Shown piece by piece: positions 8,055 through 17,991 of a DNA stretch of 24,000 nt; position 1 is the first letter of the stretch, and every line of letters starts with the position of its first letter. Below the pieces are notes generated by a model that searched no databases, had not been told where the DNA came from, and saw nothing but the letters and a program-made list of their open reading frames with translations. A program made the translations under genes and the position numbers. The stretch spans positions 1-24,000 of the forward strand of contig JBBJOI010000037.1 of NCBI GenBank assembly GCA_037721555.1, read 5' to 3'. This DNA comes from Gaiellaceae bacterium (GTDB taxonomy: Bacteria; Actinomycetota; Thermoleophilia; Gaiellales; Gaiellaceae).

Positions 8055-9605
8055 GTGCTCGTAAGGGAGCCGATCGCTCTGGCGGGGTTGGAGCTGCTGC
8101 GAACGCGCTTCGAGGTGGACGAGGACGGCGACTCGCCGCTCGAGGAGGTGATCGGCCTCTACGACGCGATCGTGATCCGGTCCGCGACGAAGCTGACCGC
8201 GGAGCTGATCGAGCGCGCGGAGCGGCTCAAGGTGATCGGCCGTGCCGGCGTCGGAATCGACAACGTGGACGTTCCCGCCGCTACCCGCAAGGGCATCGTC
8301 GTCGCGAACGCCCCGGAGTCGACCGTCGTCTCCGCGGCCGAGCACACGGTTGGCCTGCTCGTCGCGCTCGCGCGGAACATCCCGCAGGCCCATGCCGCGC
8401 TGAAGCAAGGGCGCTGGGAGCGCTCCCGCTGGTCGGGAGTCGAGCTCGCGGGTAAGACGCTCGGCGTCCTCGGGTTCGGGCGGATCGGCCGCCAGGTTGC
8501 GCGCCGGGCGCTCGGGTTGGGGCTGCGCGTCGTCGGCTACGACCCCTTCGTGGCGCCCGAACGGATTCGGGAGCTCGGCGCCGAGCACGCACGCACGCCG
8601 GTCGAGGTGTTCGCCGCCGCCGAGTTCCTGACCCTGCACCTGCCGCTGACCGACGACACCCGTGGTTTTCTCGATGGGGCTGCGTTCGAGCAGATGCGGC
8701 CCGGTGTGCGGATCGTCAACGCCGCGCGTGGGGAGCTGGTGGACGAGGAGGCGCTCGCAAACGCGATCCACTCCGGTCGGGTCGCCGGTGCCGCCCTCGA
8801 CGTCTTCTCGGCAGAGCCATACTCCGGCCCCCTGCTCGAGCTGGACGCGGTCGTCGTCACGCCGCACCTGGCCGCGTCCACCGAGGAGGCGCAGGACCGC
8901 GCCGGGCTGATCGTCGCCGAGCAGGTCGTCGCGGCACTCGAGGGTGGCCTGGTCTCGAACGCGATCAACATTCCCGTCGTCGGCGCCGATGATCTCGAGC
9001 TCCTCGGGCCCTTCATCCCGCTCGCGGCGAAGCTCGGCCGCCTCGCGGTGGAGCTGGCCGGCGGCCACCCGCGCCGAATCGGGCTCTCCTACCACGGCGC
9101 ACTTGCGGAGCACGACACCCGCCCCCTCACCGTGGCGGCGCTGAACGGGGCGTTCGAGGGACGTGTCGAGCAGGCCGTCAATTACGTCAACGCGCCGCTG
9201 ATCGCGGCCGAGAGGGGGATCGAGGTGACGGAGGAGCGCTCGGCGACCGCCCGTGACTACACGAGCCTCGTCACCGTGGCCGTCGATGACGTCGAGGTCT
9301 CCGGCACGACGATCGGCCCTGAGCATCGCCAGTTCCTCGCCGCCGCGCTCGGGTTCGCGATCGACCTCCAACTCTCGCCGCGTATGGTCTTCTGCCGCTA
9401 CGACGACGTGCCCGGGGTGATTGGCCGCGTCGGCAGCATGTTCGGATCGGCCGGCGTCAACATCGCCAACATGGCCGTCTCGCGGACGAAGGAGGGCGGC
9501 AAGGCGCTGATGGCGCTCTCCGTCGACTCGGAGCCGTCCCCTGATCTCGTCGAGCGGATCCGTGGGGAGGGCTTCGACGACGTGCACGTGATCGGCCTCG
9601 GCTGA
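8055..9605 (+). CDS. serA: D-3-phosphoglycerate dehydrogenase (long form with ACT domain)
   Basis: From GTG 8055: (M)LVREPIALAGLELL..., NAD-binding fold GVLGFGRIGRQVA, TPHLAASTEEAQ, and a C-terminal ACT-like segment (VPGVIGRVGSMFGSAGVNIANMAVSR). The ORF-track start at 7227 is an Arg-rich overlap with the upstream gene. A CTG at 8049 is an alternative start. Confidence 0.9.
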   Translation: MLVREPIALAGLELLRTRFEVDEDGDSPLEEVIGLYDAIVIRSATKLTAELIERAERLKVIGRAGVGIDNVDVPAATRKGIVVANAPESTVVSAAEHTVGLLVALARNIPQAHAALKQGRWERSRWSGVELAGKTLGVLGFGRIGRQVARRALGLGLRVVGYDPFVAPERIRELGAEHARTPVEVFAAAEFLTLHLPLTDDTRGFLDGAAFEQMRPGVRIVNAARGELVDEEALANAIHSGRVAGAALDVFSAEPYSGPLLELDAVVVTPHLAASTEEAQDRAGLIVAEQVVAALEGGLVSNAINIPVVGADDLELLGPFIPLAAKLGRLAVELAGGHPRRIGLSYHGALAEHDTRPLTVAALNGAFEGRVEQAVNYVNAPLIAAERGIEVTEERSATARDYTSLVTVAVDDVEVSGTTIGPEHRQFLAAALGFAIDLQLSPRMVFCRYDDVPGVIGRVGSMFGSAGVNIANMAVSRTKEGGKALMALSVDSEPSPDLVERIRGEGFDDVHVIGLG

Positions 9606-9618
9606 CCGACCTGCCACG

Positions 9619-10173
9619 TTGCTAGGTTCAGGCGACGCCGCGACGGGTACGATTCCCGCCGTGCAGACGAGCTGGCCGGAGCCGGTCGAGCGCGTCGCCG
9701 CCTTCTTACGAGAGGCCGGTGCCGAGGCGAGGCTCGAGGAGTTCACGTGTGGCACGCCGACGGCGGAGGACGCCGCCGCGGCTGCCGGCTGCGACCTCGC
9801 TCAGATCGTGAAGTCGCTCGTCTTCCTCTGCGACGGCCGTCCGGTGGTGGTGCTCGTCCCCGGCGACCGTCGGGCCGACCGCGACAAGCTCGCAGCGGCG
9901 ACCAGTACGACCTCCGCGCGGGTCGCGCGGCCGGACGAAGTCGAGCGCGCGACCGGTTTCGTGCCCGGTGCCGTCGCGCCGTTCCCCCTGCCTCGCGTCG
10001 GACGGGTCTTCATCGACAGAACCCTGCTCGCCCACGACCTCGTCTGGGTGGGCGCGGGTTCACCCACGCACCTTGCTGCGCTGCGGCCGGTCGAGCTCGT
10101 TCGGCTGACGCGGGCGGAGCCTGTGGACGCTGTCCTGGAGCCCGAATACCATTCAGCCGGAGGAGAGCCCTGA
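9619..10173 (+). CDS. YbaK/EbsC-type aminoacyl-tRNA deacylase domain protein
   Basis: AEDAAAAAGCDLAQIVKSLVFLCDGRPVVVLVPGDRRAD..., with FVPGAVAPFP and a WVGAGSPTH-like block typical of YbaK/ProX editing domains. The start is uncertain (TTG 9619 or GTG 9661). Its stop overlaps the ilvE ATG by 1 nt. Confidence 0.75.
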   Translation: MLGSGDAATGTIPAVQTSWPEPVERVAAFLREAGAEARLEEFTCGTPTAEDAAAAAGCDLAQIVKSLVFLCDGRPVVVLVPGDRRADRDKLAAATSTTSARVARPDEVERATGFVPGAVAPFPLPRVGRVFIDRTLLAHDLVWVGAGSPTHLAALRPVELVRLTRAEPVDAVLEPEYHSAGGEP

Positions 10174-11108
10174 TGCGCACGACCGAGAAAATCTGGATGA
10201 ACGGCGAGTTCATCGACTGGGCCGACGCCAAGGTGCACGTCGGCTCCCACGGCTTGCACTACGGGACCGGCGTCTTCGAGGGCATCCGCTGCTACGAGAC
10301 CCCCAGGGGCCCGGCGATCTTCCGGCTCAAGGAACACTTGCAGCGGTTCGACAACTCGGCACGGCTGCTCCACATGGAGCTCCCGTTCTCGAGCGAGGAG
10401 ATTCGGGCGGCGATGCATGAGCTCGTCGGCCGCAACGGGCTACCCGAGTGCTACCTGCGGCCATTCGCCTTCTACGGGTACGGCGAGCTCGGGGTCTCCA
10501 CCGCCGGCAACCCGGTTGACGTCGTGATCATGAGCTGGCCATGGGGCAACTACCTCGGCGACGAGAACGTCTCCACGGGTATTCGCGCCAAGATCTCCTC
10601 CTGGAACCGCGTGGGCGCCAACACGATCCCGCATGTGGCCAAGGCGACCGGGATCTACCTGAACTCGATGCTGGCCGTGCAGGAGGCGCAGCGAGCGGGG
10701 TATGACGAGGCGATCCTGCTCACGGGCGAGGGGTTCGTCGCGGACGGATCCGGCGAGAACGTCTTCGCCGTCAAGGAGGGGCGCGTTTGGACGCCGCCGC
10801 TCTCGACCTCGATCCTGCCGGGGATCACGCGCGACACCGTGATCCAGATCGCGCAGGACTTGGGCTATGTCGTCGAGGAGGCGAACCTGATCCGGTCGGA
10901 TCTCTACCTCGCCGACGAGGTCTTCATGACGGGTACCGCCGCCGAGGTGACCCCGGTCCGCTCCGTGGACGACCACGAGCTCGGCGTCGGGCCGGTGACG
11001 CTCGAGCTGCAGCGCGAATACCTCGATACGGTGCGGGGCGCGAAGGATCGCTGGGGACAATGGCTCGACTACGTGGACGTGACACAGGGCGCGCCCGCCG
11101 AAGCTTGA
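10173..11108 (+). CDS. ilvE: Branched-chain amino acid aminotransferase (class IV)
   Basis: MRTTEKIWMNGEFIDWADAKVHVGSHGLHYGTGVFEGIRCY...; LPGITRDTVI; GTAAEVTPV. GGAGGA lies about 10 nt upstream of ATG 10173. Confidence 0.95.
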   Translation: MRTTEKIWMNGEFIDWADAKVHVGSHGLHYGTGVFEGIRCYETPRGPAIFRLKEHLQRFDNSARLLHMELPFSSEEIRAAMHELVGRNGLPECYLRPFAFYGYGELGVSTAGNPVDVVIMSWPWGNYLGDENVSTGIRAKISSWNRVGANTIPHVAKATGIYLNSMLAVQEAQRAGYDEAILLTGEGFVADGSGENVFAVKEGRVWTPPLSTSILPGITRDTVIQIAQDLGYVVEEANLIRSDLYLADEVFMTGTAAEVTPVRSVDDHELGVGPVTLELQREYLDTVRGAKDRWGQWLDYVDVTQGAPAEA

Positions 11109-11118
11109 CGCCGCGCCG

Positions 11119-12243
11119 GTGGCCGCCACGTTGAAGCCGATCTCGCTCTCGCTCCCCTACCTCGACGAGCGGGACGAGGAGCTCGTCCTCGAGGTGCTCC
11201 GGTCGGGCCGGCTCTCGCTCGGCCCGACGATCGAGCGGTTCGAGGAGCTCTTCGCGGCGCGCGTGGGCGCTCCGTTCGCCGCCGCGGTGTCGTCCGGAAC
11301 CGCCGGCCTGCACCTCCTCTGCAGGACTGCCGGCCTCGAGCCTGGGGACGAGGTGATCACGTCGCCGTACTCGTTCGTGGCATCGGCGAACTGCGCGATC
11401 TACGAGGGAGCGGTGCCGGTGTTCGCCGACGTCGACGAGCGGACGATGAACCTCGACCCGGCTGCCGTCGAGGCGGTTCTCGGCGAGCGCACGAAGGCCG
11501 TGATCGCGGTCGACATCTACGGCTATCCCTGCGAGCTCGAGCCGCTGCGAGCGCTGTGCGAGCGCCACGGATTGACGCTGATCCAGGATGCGTGCGAGGC
11601 GCTCGGGGCCCGGTACCGCGGCGCGCCTGTCGGGTCGCATGGGCCCTCGGCCGTCTTCGCCTTCTACCCGAACAAGCAGATCACGACGGGCGAAGGGGGG
11701 ATCGTCACGACCCATTCGGAGCAGGAGTGGATGCTGCTGAAGAGCCTGCGCAACCAGGGTCGCGCCGACGGCGGCGGCTGGCTCGAGCATGCTCGGCTGG
11801 GCTACAACTACCGCATCGACGACATCCGAGCAGCGCTCGGAATCGGACAGCTCGAGAAGCTGAACCTGATCCTGGAGTTGCGCGCGGCTGCGGCTGCTCG
11901 CTACGCCCGGCTGCTCGCCGGTCTGGACGTGGAAGTACCGTGCGCGGACGACGCAGACCACGTGCGCTCGTGGTTCGTTTACGTCGTCAAGCTCCCCCGG
12001 AGCGCCGATCGCGAACGCGTGATCGCGGCGCTCGAGCGCGAGGGCATCGCTACGGCTCGCTACCTGCCCTCGATCCACCTGCAGGCCTACATGCGGGAGA
12101 CCTACGGCTTCCGCGAGGGGATGTGCCCGGTGTCGGAGGACCTCTCGCGCCGCACGCTGGCGCTGCCGTTTCACTCGCGCATCTCGGCCGAGGATCAGGA
12201 GCGGGTGGCCCAATCTCTGGCTGCCGCGCTGGCCGAAGGTTAG
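11119..12243 (+). CDS. DegT/DnrJ/EryC1/StrS family PLP-dependent (sugar) aminotransferase
   Basis: LGPTIERFEELFAARVGAPFAAAVSSGTAGLHL, DIYGYPCE, a PLP-lysine context FYPNKQITTGEGG, and GYNYRIDDIRAALG. Start is GTG 11119 or TTG 11131. Confidence 0.9.
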   Translation: MAATLKPISLSLPYLDERDEELVLEVLRSGRLSLGPTIERFEELFAARVGAPFAAAVSSGTAGLHLLCRTAGLEPGDEVITSPYSFVASANCAIYEGAVPVFADVDERTMNLDPAAVEAVLGERTKAVIAVDIYGYPCELEPLRALCERHGLTLIQDACEALGARYRGAPVGSHGPSAVFAFYPNKQITTGEGGIVTTHSEQEWMLLKSLRNQGRADGGGWLEHARLGYNYRIDDIRAALGIGQLEKLNLILELRAAAAARYARLLAGLDVEVPCADDADHVRSWFVYVVKLPRSADRERVIAALEREGIATARYLPSIHLQAYMRETYGFREGMCPVSEDLSRRTLALPFHSRISAEDQERVAQSLAAALAEG

Positions 12244-12249
12244 TCGACC

Positions 12250-12444
12250 ATGTGGCGCGTCCTGACGGGGGTGTGCGTCGCTTTCGTCGTTCTCTTCAGC
12301 GCGTGGGGAACCTGGCTTGTGGCGAGCGAGGATCCCGATGGCGGCGCGCACGTGGCAGGCTGGTTCATGGTCGCGTTGGCGGCGGCCAACGTGATCGTCC
12401 TGAGCGCGACGCTGGTACTCAGGCGCAGTAGCACCCGGTCATAG
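12250..12444 (+). CDS. Small two-helix membrane protein (hypothetical)
   Basis: 64 aa, MWRVLTGVCVAFVVLFSAWGTWLVA...GWFMVALAAANVIVLSATLVL. ATG lies 6 nt after the upstream stop. GC3-rich. Confidence 0.5.
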   Translation: MWRVLTGVCVAFVVLFSAWGTWLVASEDPDGGAHVAGWFMVALAAANVIVLSATLVLRRSSTRS

Positions 12445-12486
12445 ATCCGACTGTCGGGCGTGGCCGGGCGAATGAATACTGTGGGT

Positions 12487-12843
12487 ATGGCGGACGGTGC
12501 CCGCATGGTCTCTCTCGGGTTCGGCAAGTATGCGCGCGCCGACCGGATCTATGCCCTGCAGCCAATCACCGGCGAGGACCGCGGCGGCGGCCGCCGGACG
12601 TTCGTCTGGGTCGAAGGAGTGACGGATCCGATCGTCGCCTCACGCACGGAGCGCACGATCCTGCACGACATGGGGGAGGAGCCTCTGGGAGGGTCGCTGC
12701 TCCTCGACGAGGCCCTCTCGCTCGCCGAGCGCCTCGCGGAGGATGCCGCGAGCGGCCGGGTCGACCTGGCAGACCTCGGCCGCCGCGCCCGCAAGCTGCT
12801 CGACCTCTCGAGCAAGCCGCCTGAGCCTTCGCGGCTCTTCTAG
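12487..12843 (+). CDS. DUF370 / RemA-like protein with C-terminal extension
   Basis: [18 protein letters not shown]...[27 protein letters not shown] resembles RemA (INIGFGNxxxANRxxxIV...YGRRTRAVxxxDSxHVxLSAxxPETxxxR, from memory). The start is ambiguous (GTG 12460, ATG 12472, 12487 or 12505). Confidence 0.5.
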   Translation: MADGARMVSLGFGKYARADRIYALQPITGEDRGGGRRTFVWVEGVTDPIVASRTERTILHDMGEEPLGGSLLLDEALSLAERLAEDAASGRVDLADLGRRARKLLDLSSKPPEPSRLF

Positions 12844-12848
12844 GCCGC

Positions 12849-13412
12849 ATGCCTCTGGACGCCGGCTTCTTCGCGCGCAGCGTCCACCTGGTCGCGCCCG
12901 AGCTCGTGGGTGCGACTCTGCTCGTCGACGGGGTCGGCGGCACCATCGTCGAGGTGGAGGCCTACGACGGCCAAGATCCCGCGGCGCACGGCTATCGCGG
13001 CCGAACCGAGCGCAACGCCTCGATGTTCGGGCTGGCCGGCCGCGCCTACGTCTACCGCTCGTACGGCCTCCACTGGTGCCTGAACCTCGTCTGCGAGGAG
13101 GTGGGAAGCCCGGCGGCCGTTCTGCTCCGCGCGCTCGAGCCGACGAGTGGGATCGACCGGATGCGCGAGCGCCGTGGGCGCGAGGACGCGCGGCTCCTAG
13201 CAGCCGGCCCGGGACGCCTCTGCGAGGCACTCGGCGTCACGCGCGCCCATGACGGCCTTCCGCTCGACTCCTCCCCGTTCGAGTTGCACGCTCGGGCGCA
13301 GCAGGTGGATGTCGCCGCCGGTCGCCGTGTCGGCATCAGCGTCGCGACGGAGCGGCCGTGGCGCTACGCGCTCGCTCACTCGCGCTTCCTCAGCCGGCCG
13401 CTCCGGCCATAG
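12849..13412 (+). CDS. mpg: DNA-3-methyladenine glycosylase (Mpg/AAG family)
   Basis: [11 protein letters not shown]...[49 protein letters not shown] is the hallmark core of the Mpg family. Confidence 0.9.
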   Translation: MPLDAGFFARSVHLVAPELVGATLLVDGVGGTIVEVEAYDGQDPAAHGYRGRTERNASMFGLAGRAYVYRSYGLHWCLNLVCEEVGSPAAVLLRALEPTSGIDRMRERRGREDARLLAAGPGRLCEALGVTRAHDGLPLDSSPFELHARAQQVDVAAGRRVGISVATERPWRYALAHSRFLSRPLRP

Positions 13413-13436
13413 AGCCGCCTACGGAAGCAGCGTCTT

Positions 13437-15881
13437 CTAGCGCGCCACAACGAGGCGGACTTCGAGCCCCGGCGCCGCCGCGAGCCCCGGCTTCGGTCGC
13501 TGCGAGAGCACGGTGCCGCTCTTGCCCTCGCCCCACCTGATCTCGGGCTCGAGCTTCAGCTTCTGCAGACGGAGCTCCGCCTCCTCGAGCCTCGTCCCGA
13601 CGAGGTCGGGGATCACCCCGTGGAGCGGCTTCGTCACGACCAGGATGATGCGGTCGAAGGTCTCGGCGTAGCCACGACGCGGTCGCTGGTCGACGACGAC
13701 GCCGGCCGGTTCGAGCGGCTCGGCAGGCCGGAACACGAGCTCCGGTGTCAGCGGCTGCGCGTCGAGGCGGTCCTCGGCGTCAGCGAGCTCCTGGCCGCGG
13801 ACGTCGGGCACCTGCACCTCGTTGTCGCGGCAGTTCGCCACAGACGTCGGGGCATTGCCCTCGAAGTAGACGACCTCGCGCCGGCTCGGACACTGACCGT
13901 TGTCGATCAGCAGGCGCTCGCCGGCAGGAGTCAAGCGCTTCGAGACGAGCCTCGACTCGGTGAGGAGCGAGGGGGTGGCGGGGAAGTACTCCGGCTCGGC
14001 GTCCATGTGCTCGAGCGCCCGTTCGGCGAACGTCTTCCAGATCAGGGCCGGGAAGGTCCCGCCGGTCACCGGCTCGCCGTTGAACTCGGTCAGCATCGGC
14101 TGGAGAGTCGTCGGGTACCCGACCCACACGGCGACGACGAGCTGCGGCGTGTAACCGACAAACCAGGCGTCGCCGTAGTTTTCGGTCGTTCCCGTCTTTC
14201 CCGCCACGGGCCGGTCGTCGAGCTGGGCGCGAACGCCCGTGCCCTCGACGACGACACGTTGCAGGATGGAGCTGACGAAGGCAGCCCCATCGGGCGTGAG
14301 GACGCGCTCGCCGCGCGGTCGGTTCGCGAGCAGCGGCCGATCCCGCTCGTCGCGTACCTCGGCGATTACGCGCGGCTGGTCGGCTCGCTTGAGCGACGTA
14401 TCGATCCTGCGTCCACCCGTGGCGAAGCTCGCGTAGGCGCGCGCGAGCTCGAGTGGGTTCACCTCCTCGGAGCCGAGCCCGATCGAGTGTACGCCGTCGA
14501 GCTCACTCTGGATCCCGAGTCGCTGCGCCATCCGGGCGACCCGTTTCGACCCGACGAGCTGGGTCAGCTGCGCATAGACGGCGTTGTCGGACTCGATCGT
14601 CGCGCGCTCGATGTCGACGGAGCCGAAGTAGCCGTTCTCGTAGTTCGAGACGACCCAGTAGCGGTCACCGAGATCGATCTGCTGCTGTACCGAGTCGAAG
14701 CGCGTGGCCGGTGAGATCCCCTGATCCAGCGCTTCGGCGAGCACGAACGGCTTGAAGGCCGAGCCCGGTTGACGCTCGCTCTGAACCGCAAGGTTGAACT
14801 GGCTCTTGCGGTAGTTGTTGCCGCCCACCATCGCGAGAACCGCGCCGTCGCGCGGGTCGATCGCGACGAGAGCGGCGGATGGGCCGTCCGGTACGGTCAG
14901 CCACTTCGAGATTGCTTCCCGGGCAACAGACTGAAGCTCGAGGTCGATCGTGGACGTGACCCGCAGGCCGCCGCCGAAGACACGGCTGGAGCCGTACTGA
15001 TCGACCAGTTGCTGCTTGACGTAGTTGACGAAGTGCTGCGCCGGGCCTTCGGTTCCCGGCAGGCGCACCTTGTCGGGATCCGGCAACGGTGCGGCGTCCG
15101 CCTCCTCCAGCTGTTGCTCGGTGATCTTGCCCTCGTCCCGCATTACCTGCAGCACGATGAGCCGTCTCTTCTGCGCCGCGCGGGGATGGGTGACGGGGTC
15201 GTATCGCGTCGGGTTGGACGGGATGCCGGCGAGCAGGGCGGCCTCGGCAATCGTCATCCGCGAGACGCCATGTTGATAGTAGGTTCGCGCCGCCTGCTGC
15301 ACGCCGTAGGCGCCGTTGCCGAAGTAGATCGTGTTCAGGTACGCCTCGAGGATCTCCTGCTTCGACCACCCGCCCGGGCGCTCGAGCTGCCAGGCGAGGG
15401 CGGCTTCTCGCACCTTCCTCGCGATCGTCCGCTGATCGCGGTCGAGCGCGTTCTTGACGAACTGCTGCGTGATCGTCGAGCCGCCCTCCACGACCCGCTT
15501 GGAGCGGATGTCGGCCCAGGCCGCGCGGGCGATGCCGCGCAGATCCACCCCGTCGTGCTCCCAGTAGCGACGATCCTCGATCGCGACGATCGCATGGCGC
15601 AGCATCGGCGCGATCTCGTCGTACCCCACGAGCGTGCGCGCCTCCGAACCCCGGAGAACGGCGAGCTCCCGCTTCCCGGTCGAGTCGTAGATGTAGCCGT
15701 TCACCTCCTGCTCGAGCTGCCGGCGGGGATCGAGCTTCGGGATCTCGCCCGCTATCGCGGTGACGAGGCCGAAGCCGAACGACACCGAGCCCAACAGCCC
15801 GAGGACGGTCATAAGGGCGAGGAGGCGAAGCTTGCGAATCCGGCGCCGCCGTGGAGCGCGCCTCTTCCGGAACGGCCGCAA
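13437..15881 (-). CDS. Class A penicillin-binding protein (glycosyltransferase + transpeptidase) with two C-terminal PASTA-like domains
   Basis: GT51 motifs EDRRYWEHDGVD and GGSTITQQFVKN. Transpeptidase motifs SAFK, SDN and KTGTT. C-terminal repeats VPDVRGQELADAEDRL... and IPDLVGTRLEEAELRL.... Arg-rich cytoplasmic tail plus a TM helix. TTG start at 15881 without an obvious SD. Confidence 0.9.
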   Translation of the reverse strand: MRPFRKRRAPRRRRIRKLRLLALMTVLGLLGSVSFGFGLVTAIAGEIPKLDPRRQLEQEVNGYIYDSTGKRELAVLRGSEARTLVGYDEIAPMLRHAIVAIEDRRYWEHDGVDLRGIARAAWADIRSKRVVEGGSTITQQFVKNALDRDQRTIARKVREAALAWQLERPGGWSKQEILEAYLNTIYFGNGAYGVQQAARTYYQHGVSRMTIAEAALLAGIPSNPTRYDPVTHPRAAQKRRLIVLQVMRDEGKITEQQLEEADAAPLPDPDKVRLPGTEGPAQHFVNYVKQQLVDQYGSSRVFGGGLRVTSTIDLELQSVAREAISKWLTVPDGPSAALVAIDPRDGAVLAMVGGNNYRKSQFNLAVQSERQPGSAFKPFVLAEALDQGISPATRFDSVQQQIDLGDRYWVVSNYENGYFGSVDIERATIESDNAVYAQLTQLVGSKRVARMAQRLGIQSELDGVHSIGLGSEEVNPLELARAYASFATGGRRIDTSLKRADQPRVIAEVRDERDRPLLANRPRGERVLTPDGAAFVSSILQRVVVEGTGVRAQLDDRPVAGKTGTTENYGDAWFVGYTPQLVVAVWVGYPTTLQPMLTEFNGEPVTGGTFPALIWKTFAERALEHMDAEPEYFPATPSLLTESRLVSKRLTPAGERLLIDNGQCPSRREVVYFEGNAPTSVANCRDNEVQVPDVRGQELADAEDRLDAQPLTPELVFRPAEPLEPAGVVVDQRPRRGYAETFDRIILVVTKPLHGVIPDLVGTRLEEAELRLQKLKLEPEIRWGEGKSGTVLSQRPKPGLAAAPGLEVRLVVAR

Positions 15882-15946
15882 GCGGCTCAGTCTAACCGGC
15901 CCAACCTAGCCGGCCCTGTCGAGAGGCCGAGTTTAGCCGCGTTCCG

Positions 15947-17929
15947 TCACCGGTCGGCCGTGATGACGGCTAGCACGTCGTCGGCGTAGCGCTCGAGCTT
16001 CGCCGGCCCGAAACCCTTGACGCCCGCGAGGTCCTGCTGGGAGCTCGGCTTCACCGAGGCGAGCTCGCGCAGTGTCGCATCGTGCAGGACGACGTATGCA
16101 GGCACCTCGTCGGAGCGAGCGCGCTCGAGCCGCCAAGCACGTAGGCGCTCGAAGAGGCCCTCGTCCGGCGTGCTGGCCGCGGCGGCGCCGATGCGCGGCA
16201 GCTCCACGACTCGAACCGCGCGGAGGAGCCGGAATCCATCCTCGCTTTCGAAGACCTCGAGAGCTCCTGCCAGCTCGAGGAGCTGGATCCAGCGCTTCAC
16301 GTCTGCTTGGCTCGCCGCCGCGAGCACCCCGAGCTGTGATGATCGCTGGGCCGAGCGTGGAGCGCTCATCGAGCCGCGTAACATCGCCGCCAGCCCGGTG
16401 CGGCCGAGCGGCCAACGGAGCTCGAGCACTGCGCGGTGGATCACTCCGGCGACATCCTCCGGCAGCGGCCGGGCCGCAGGCGCCTCCGTCGCGGGACGGG
16501 CGAGTGGGGAGCAGACGTCGCACATCCCGCAGTCGTCCTCGAGCGACTCGCCGAAGTGCTGCGCCACCTGCCGGTGCCGGCAGACGTCGGCTTCGGCGAA
16601 GCGGATCAGGCGATCGACCCGGCCGAGCGCTTCCCGCTCGTAGCGCGCGAGGAGACCGTCGATGCGCGCAGCTGCGTCCGGCGGCGGCTCCCCGACCTCC
16701 ACCTGCATCGCCCGGCCGGCATCGAAGCTGCGCCGGGCGAGCCCGGCCTGCTCGAGCATCCCCACGAGCACGCGCGGGTCGGGATCGCTGCTGGCCGAGC
16801 CGACAGAGAGCTCTTCGGGCAGCACCTCCGTCCGGCCGCGCAACCGCATGTACACCGCGCGCAGGTCGTCCACCGTGGGGATGTCCGAACGGGCGAAGCG
16901 GCGCACCTGGGAGGCGTCGGCGCGGCTCGCCAACAGCAGCGTGTCGGACGCGCGCCCGTCTCGGCCGGCACGCCCGACCATCTGGACGTAGCTCTCGAGC
17001 GACTCGGGGTAGTTGTAGAGCGCGACGAGGCGGACGTCCGGCTTGTCGATGCCCATCCCGAACGCGGTCGTCGCGACGACCGTTTGCACGCGACCCTCGA
17101 TGAAGGACTCCTGTGCCGAAGCTCGCTCAGCCGGCTCGAGACCGGCGTGGTAGTGGATCGCGGCCAGGTCGTGCGCCCGCAGCGTCCGCGCGAGCGTCTC
17201 GCAGCTTCGGCGTGAGCGCGCGTAAACGATCGCCGAGGCCCCGCGGAGCTCGTGCAGGCGCCGGACGAGCGTGCGGAGCCGCGCCTCCTCGCCGTCGACG
17301 AGCTCCACGTCGTAGCGCAGGTTCGGGCGGACGACGCTCGTGCGGACGACCTCCGGTTCCCGGCCGAGCGCCGCTGCGATCTCCCGCTCGGTCGCCGGCG
17401 TCGCCGTTGCAGTCATCCCGAGGATCGCCGGCGAGCCGAGCGCGTCGAGAGCGCGTCGGATGAAGAGGTAGTCGGGACGGAAGTCGTGCCCCCACATGCT
17501 CACGCAATGAACCTCGTCGATCACGACGAGGCCGATGTCGATGCTGTGGACTGCGTCGAGGAAGCTGCGCTGGCGGAGCCGCTCGGGCGCCACGTAGAGC
17601 AACCGGTAGCGGCCTTGCGATGCGTCCCGGAGGCGGCGGGCCGCCTCGTCCGGCTCGAGCGAGGAGTTGATCAGGGTGGACTGGTCGGCGACGGGGCCCG
17701 GGAGCTTGTCGAGCTGGTCCTTCATCAGTGCGATCAGCGGCGAGAGGACGAGCGTCGGCGTCGGCCGGAGCATCGCCGCGAGCTGGTAGGTGAGCGACTT
17801 GCCGGAGCCGGTAGGCATCAGCGCGAGCGTGTCCCGTCCCTCGACGGCCGCCCGTACCACCTGTTCCTGTCCGGGACGGAAAGCGGCGAATCCGAACAGA
17901 TCCGTCAGCGCACGCTGAAGCTGGCTCAT
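15947..17929 (-). CDS. recQ: RecQ family ATP-dependent DNA helicase
   Basis: FGFAAFRPGQEQVV, Walker A MPTGSGKSL, DEVHCVSMWGHDFRPDY, Zn-binding CRH...CGMCDVC, and a C-terminal HRDC-like segment (VPAYVVLHDATLRELA). Confidence 0.95.
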   Translation of the reverse strand: MSQLQRALTDLFGFAAFRPGQEQVVRAAVEGRDTLALMPTGSGKSLTYQLAAMLRPTPTLVLSPLIALMKDQLDKLPGPVADQSTLINSSLEPDEAARRLRDASQGRYRLLYVAPERLRQRSFLDAVHSIDIGLVVIDEVHCVSMWGHDFRPDYLFIRRALDALGSPAILGMTATATPATEREIAAALGREPEVVRTSVVRPNLRYDVELVDGEEARLRTLVRRLHELRGASAIVYARSRRSCETLARTLRAHDLAAIHYHAGLEPAERASAQESFIEGRVQTVVATTAFGMGIDKPDVRLVALYNYPESLESYVQMVGRAGRDGRASDTLLLASRADASQVRRFARSDIPTVDDLRAVYMRLRGRTEVLPEELSVGSASSDPDPRVLVGMLEQAGLARRSFDAGRAMQVEVGEPPPDAAARIDGLLARYEREALGRVDRLIRFAEADVCRHRQVAQHFGESLEDDCGMCDVCSPLARPATEAPAARPLPEDVAGVIHRAVLELRWPLGRTGLAAMLRGSMSAPRSAQRSSQLGVLAAASQADVKRWIQLLELAGALEVFESEDGFRLLRAVRVVELPRIGAAAASTPDEGLFERLRAWRLERARSDEVPAYVVLHDATLRELASVKPSSQQDLAGVKGFGPAKLERYADDVLAVITADR

Positions 17930-17937
17930 CAGGAACG

Positions 17938-17943
17938 AGTGTA
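17938..17943 (-). promoter_or_regulatory. Candidate -10 box (TACACT) for a leaderless or near-leaderless recQ mRNA
   Basis: On the - strand TACACT is followed by 8 nt (cgttcctg) and then the ATG. No Shine-Dalgarno motif is present. Leaderless transcripts are common in Actinobacteria. Confidence 0.25.
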
Positions 17944-17991
17944 TGGACGGGATCGGAACGCGTCCGTTACGGCTTTGCGCCGGATGTCGCT

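Noticed and set aside
8028-9755. 575-aa ORF antisense to serA
   Set aside because: A typical high-GC shadow ORF (Arg/Pro/Gly/Asp-rich, no motifs). The + strand frame has clear SerA motifs.
10924-12351. 475-aa ORF antisense to the DegT-type aminotransferase
   Set aside because: Shadow ORF. The + strand frame carries the PLP-lysine motif and family blocks.
13413-13436. Possible bidirectional terminator between the convergent mpg and PBP genes
   Set aside because: Only a weak 4-bp stem (gaag/cttc) with no U-tract. There is not enough support.
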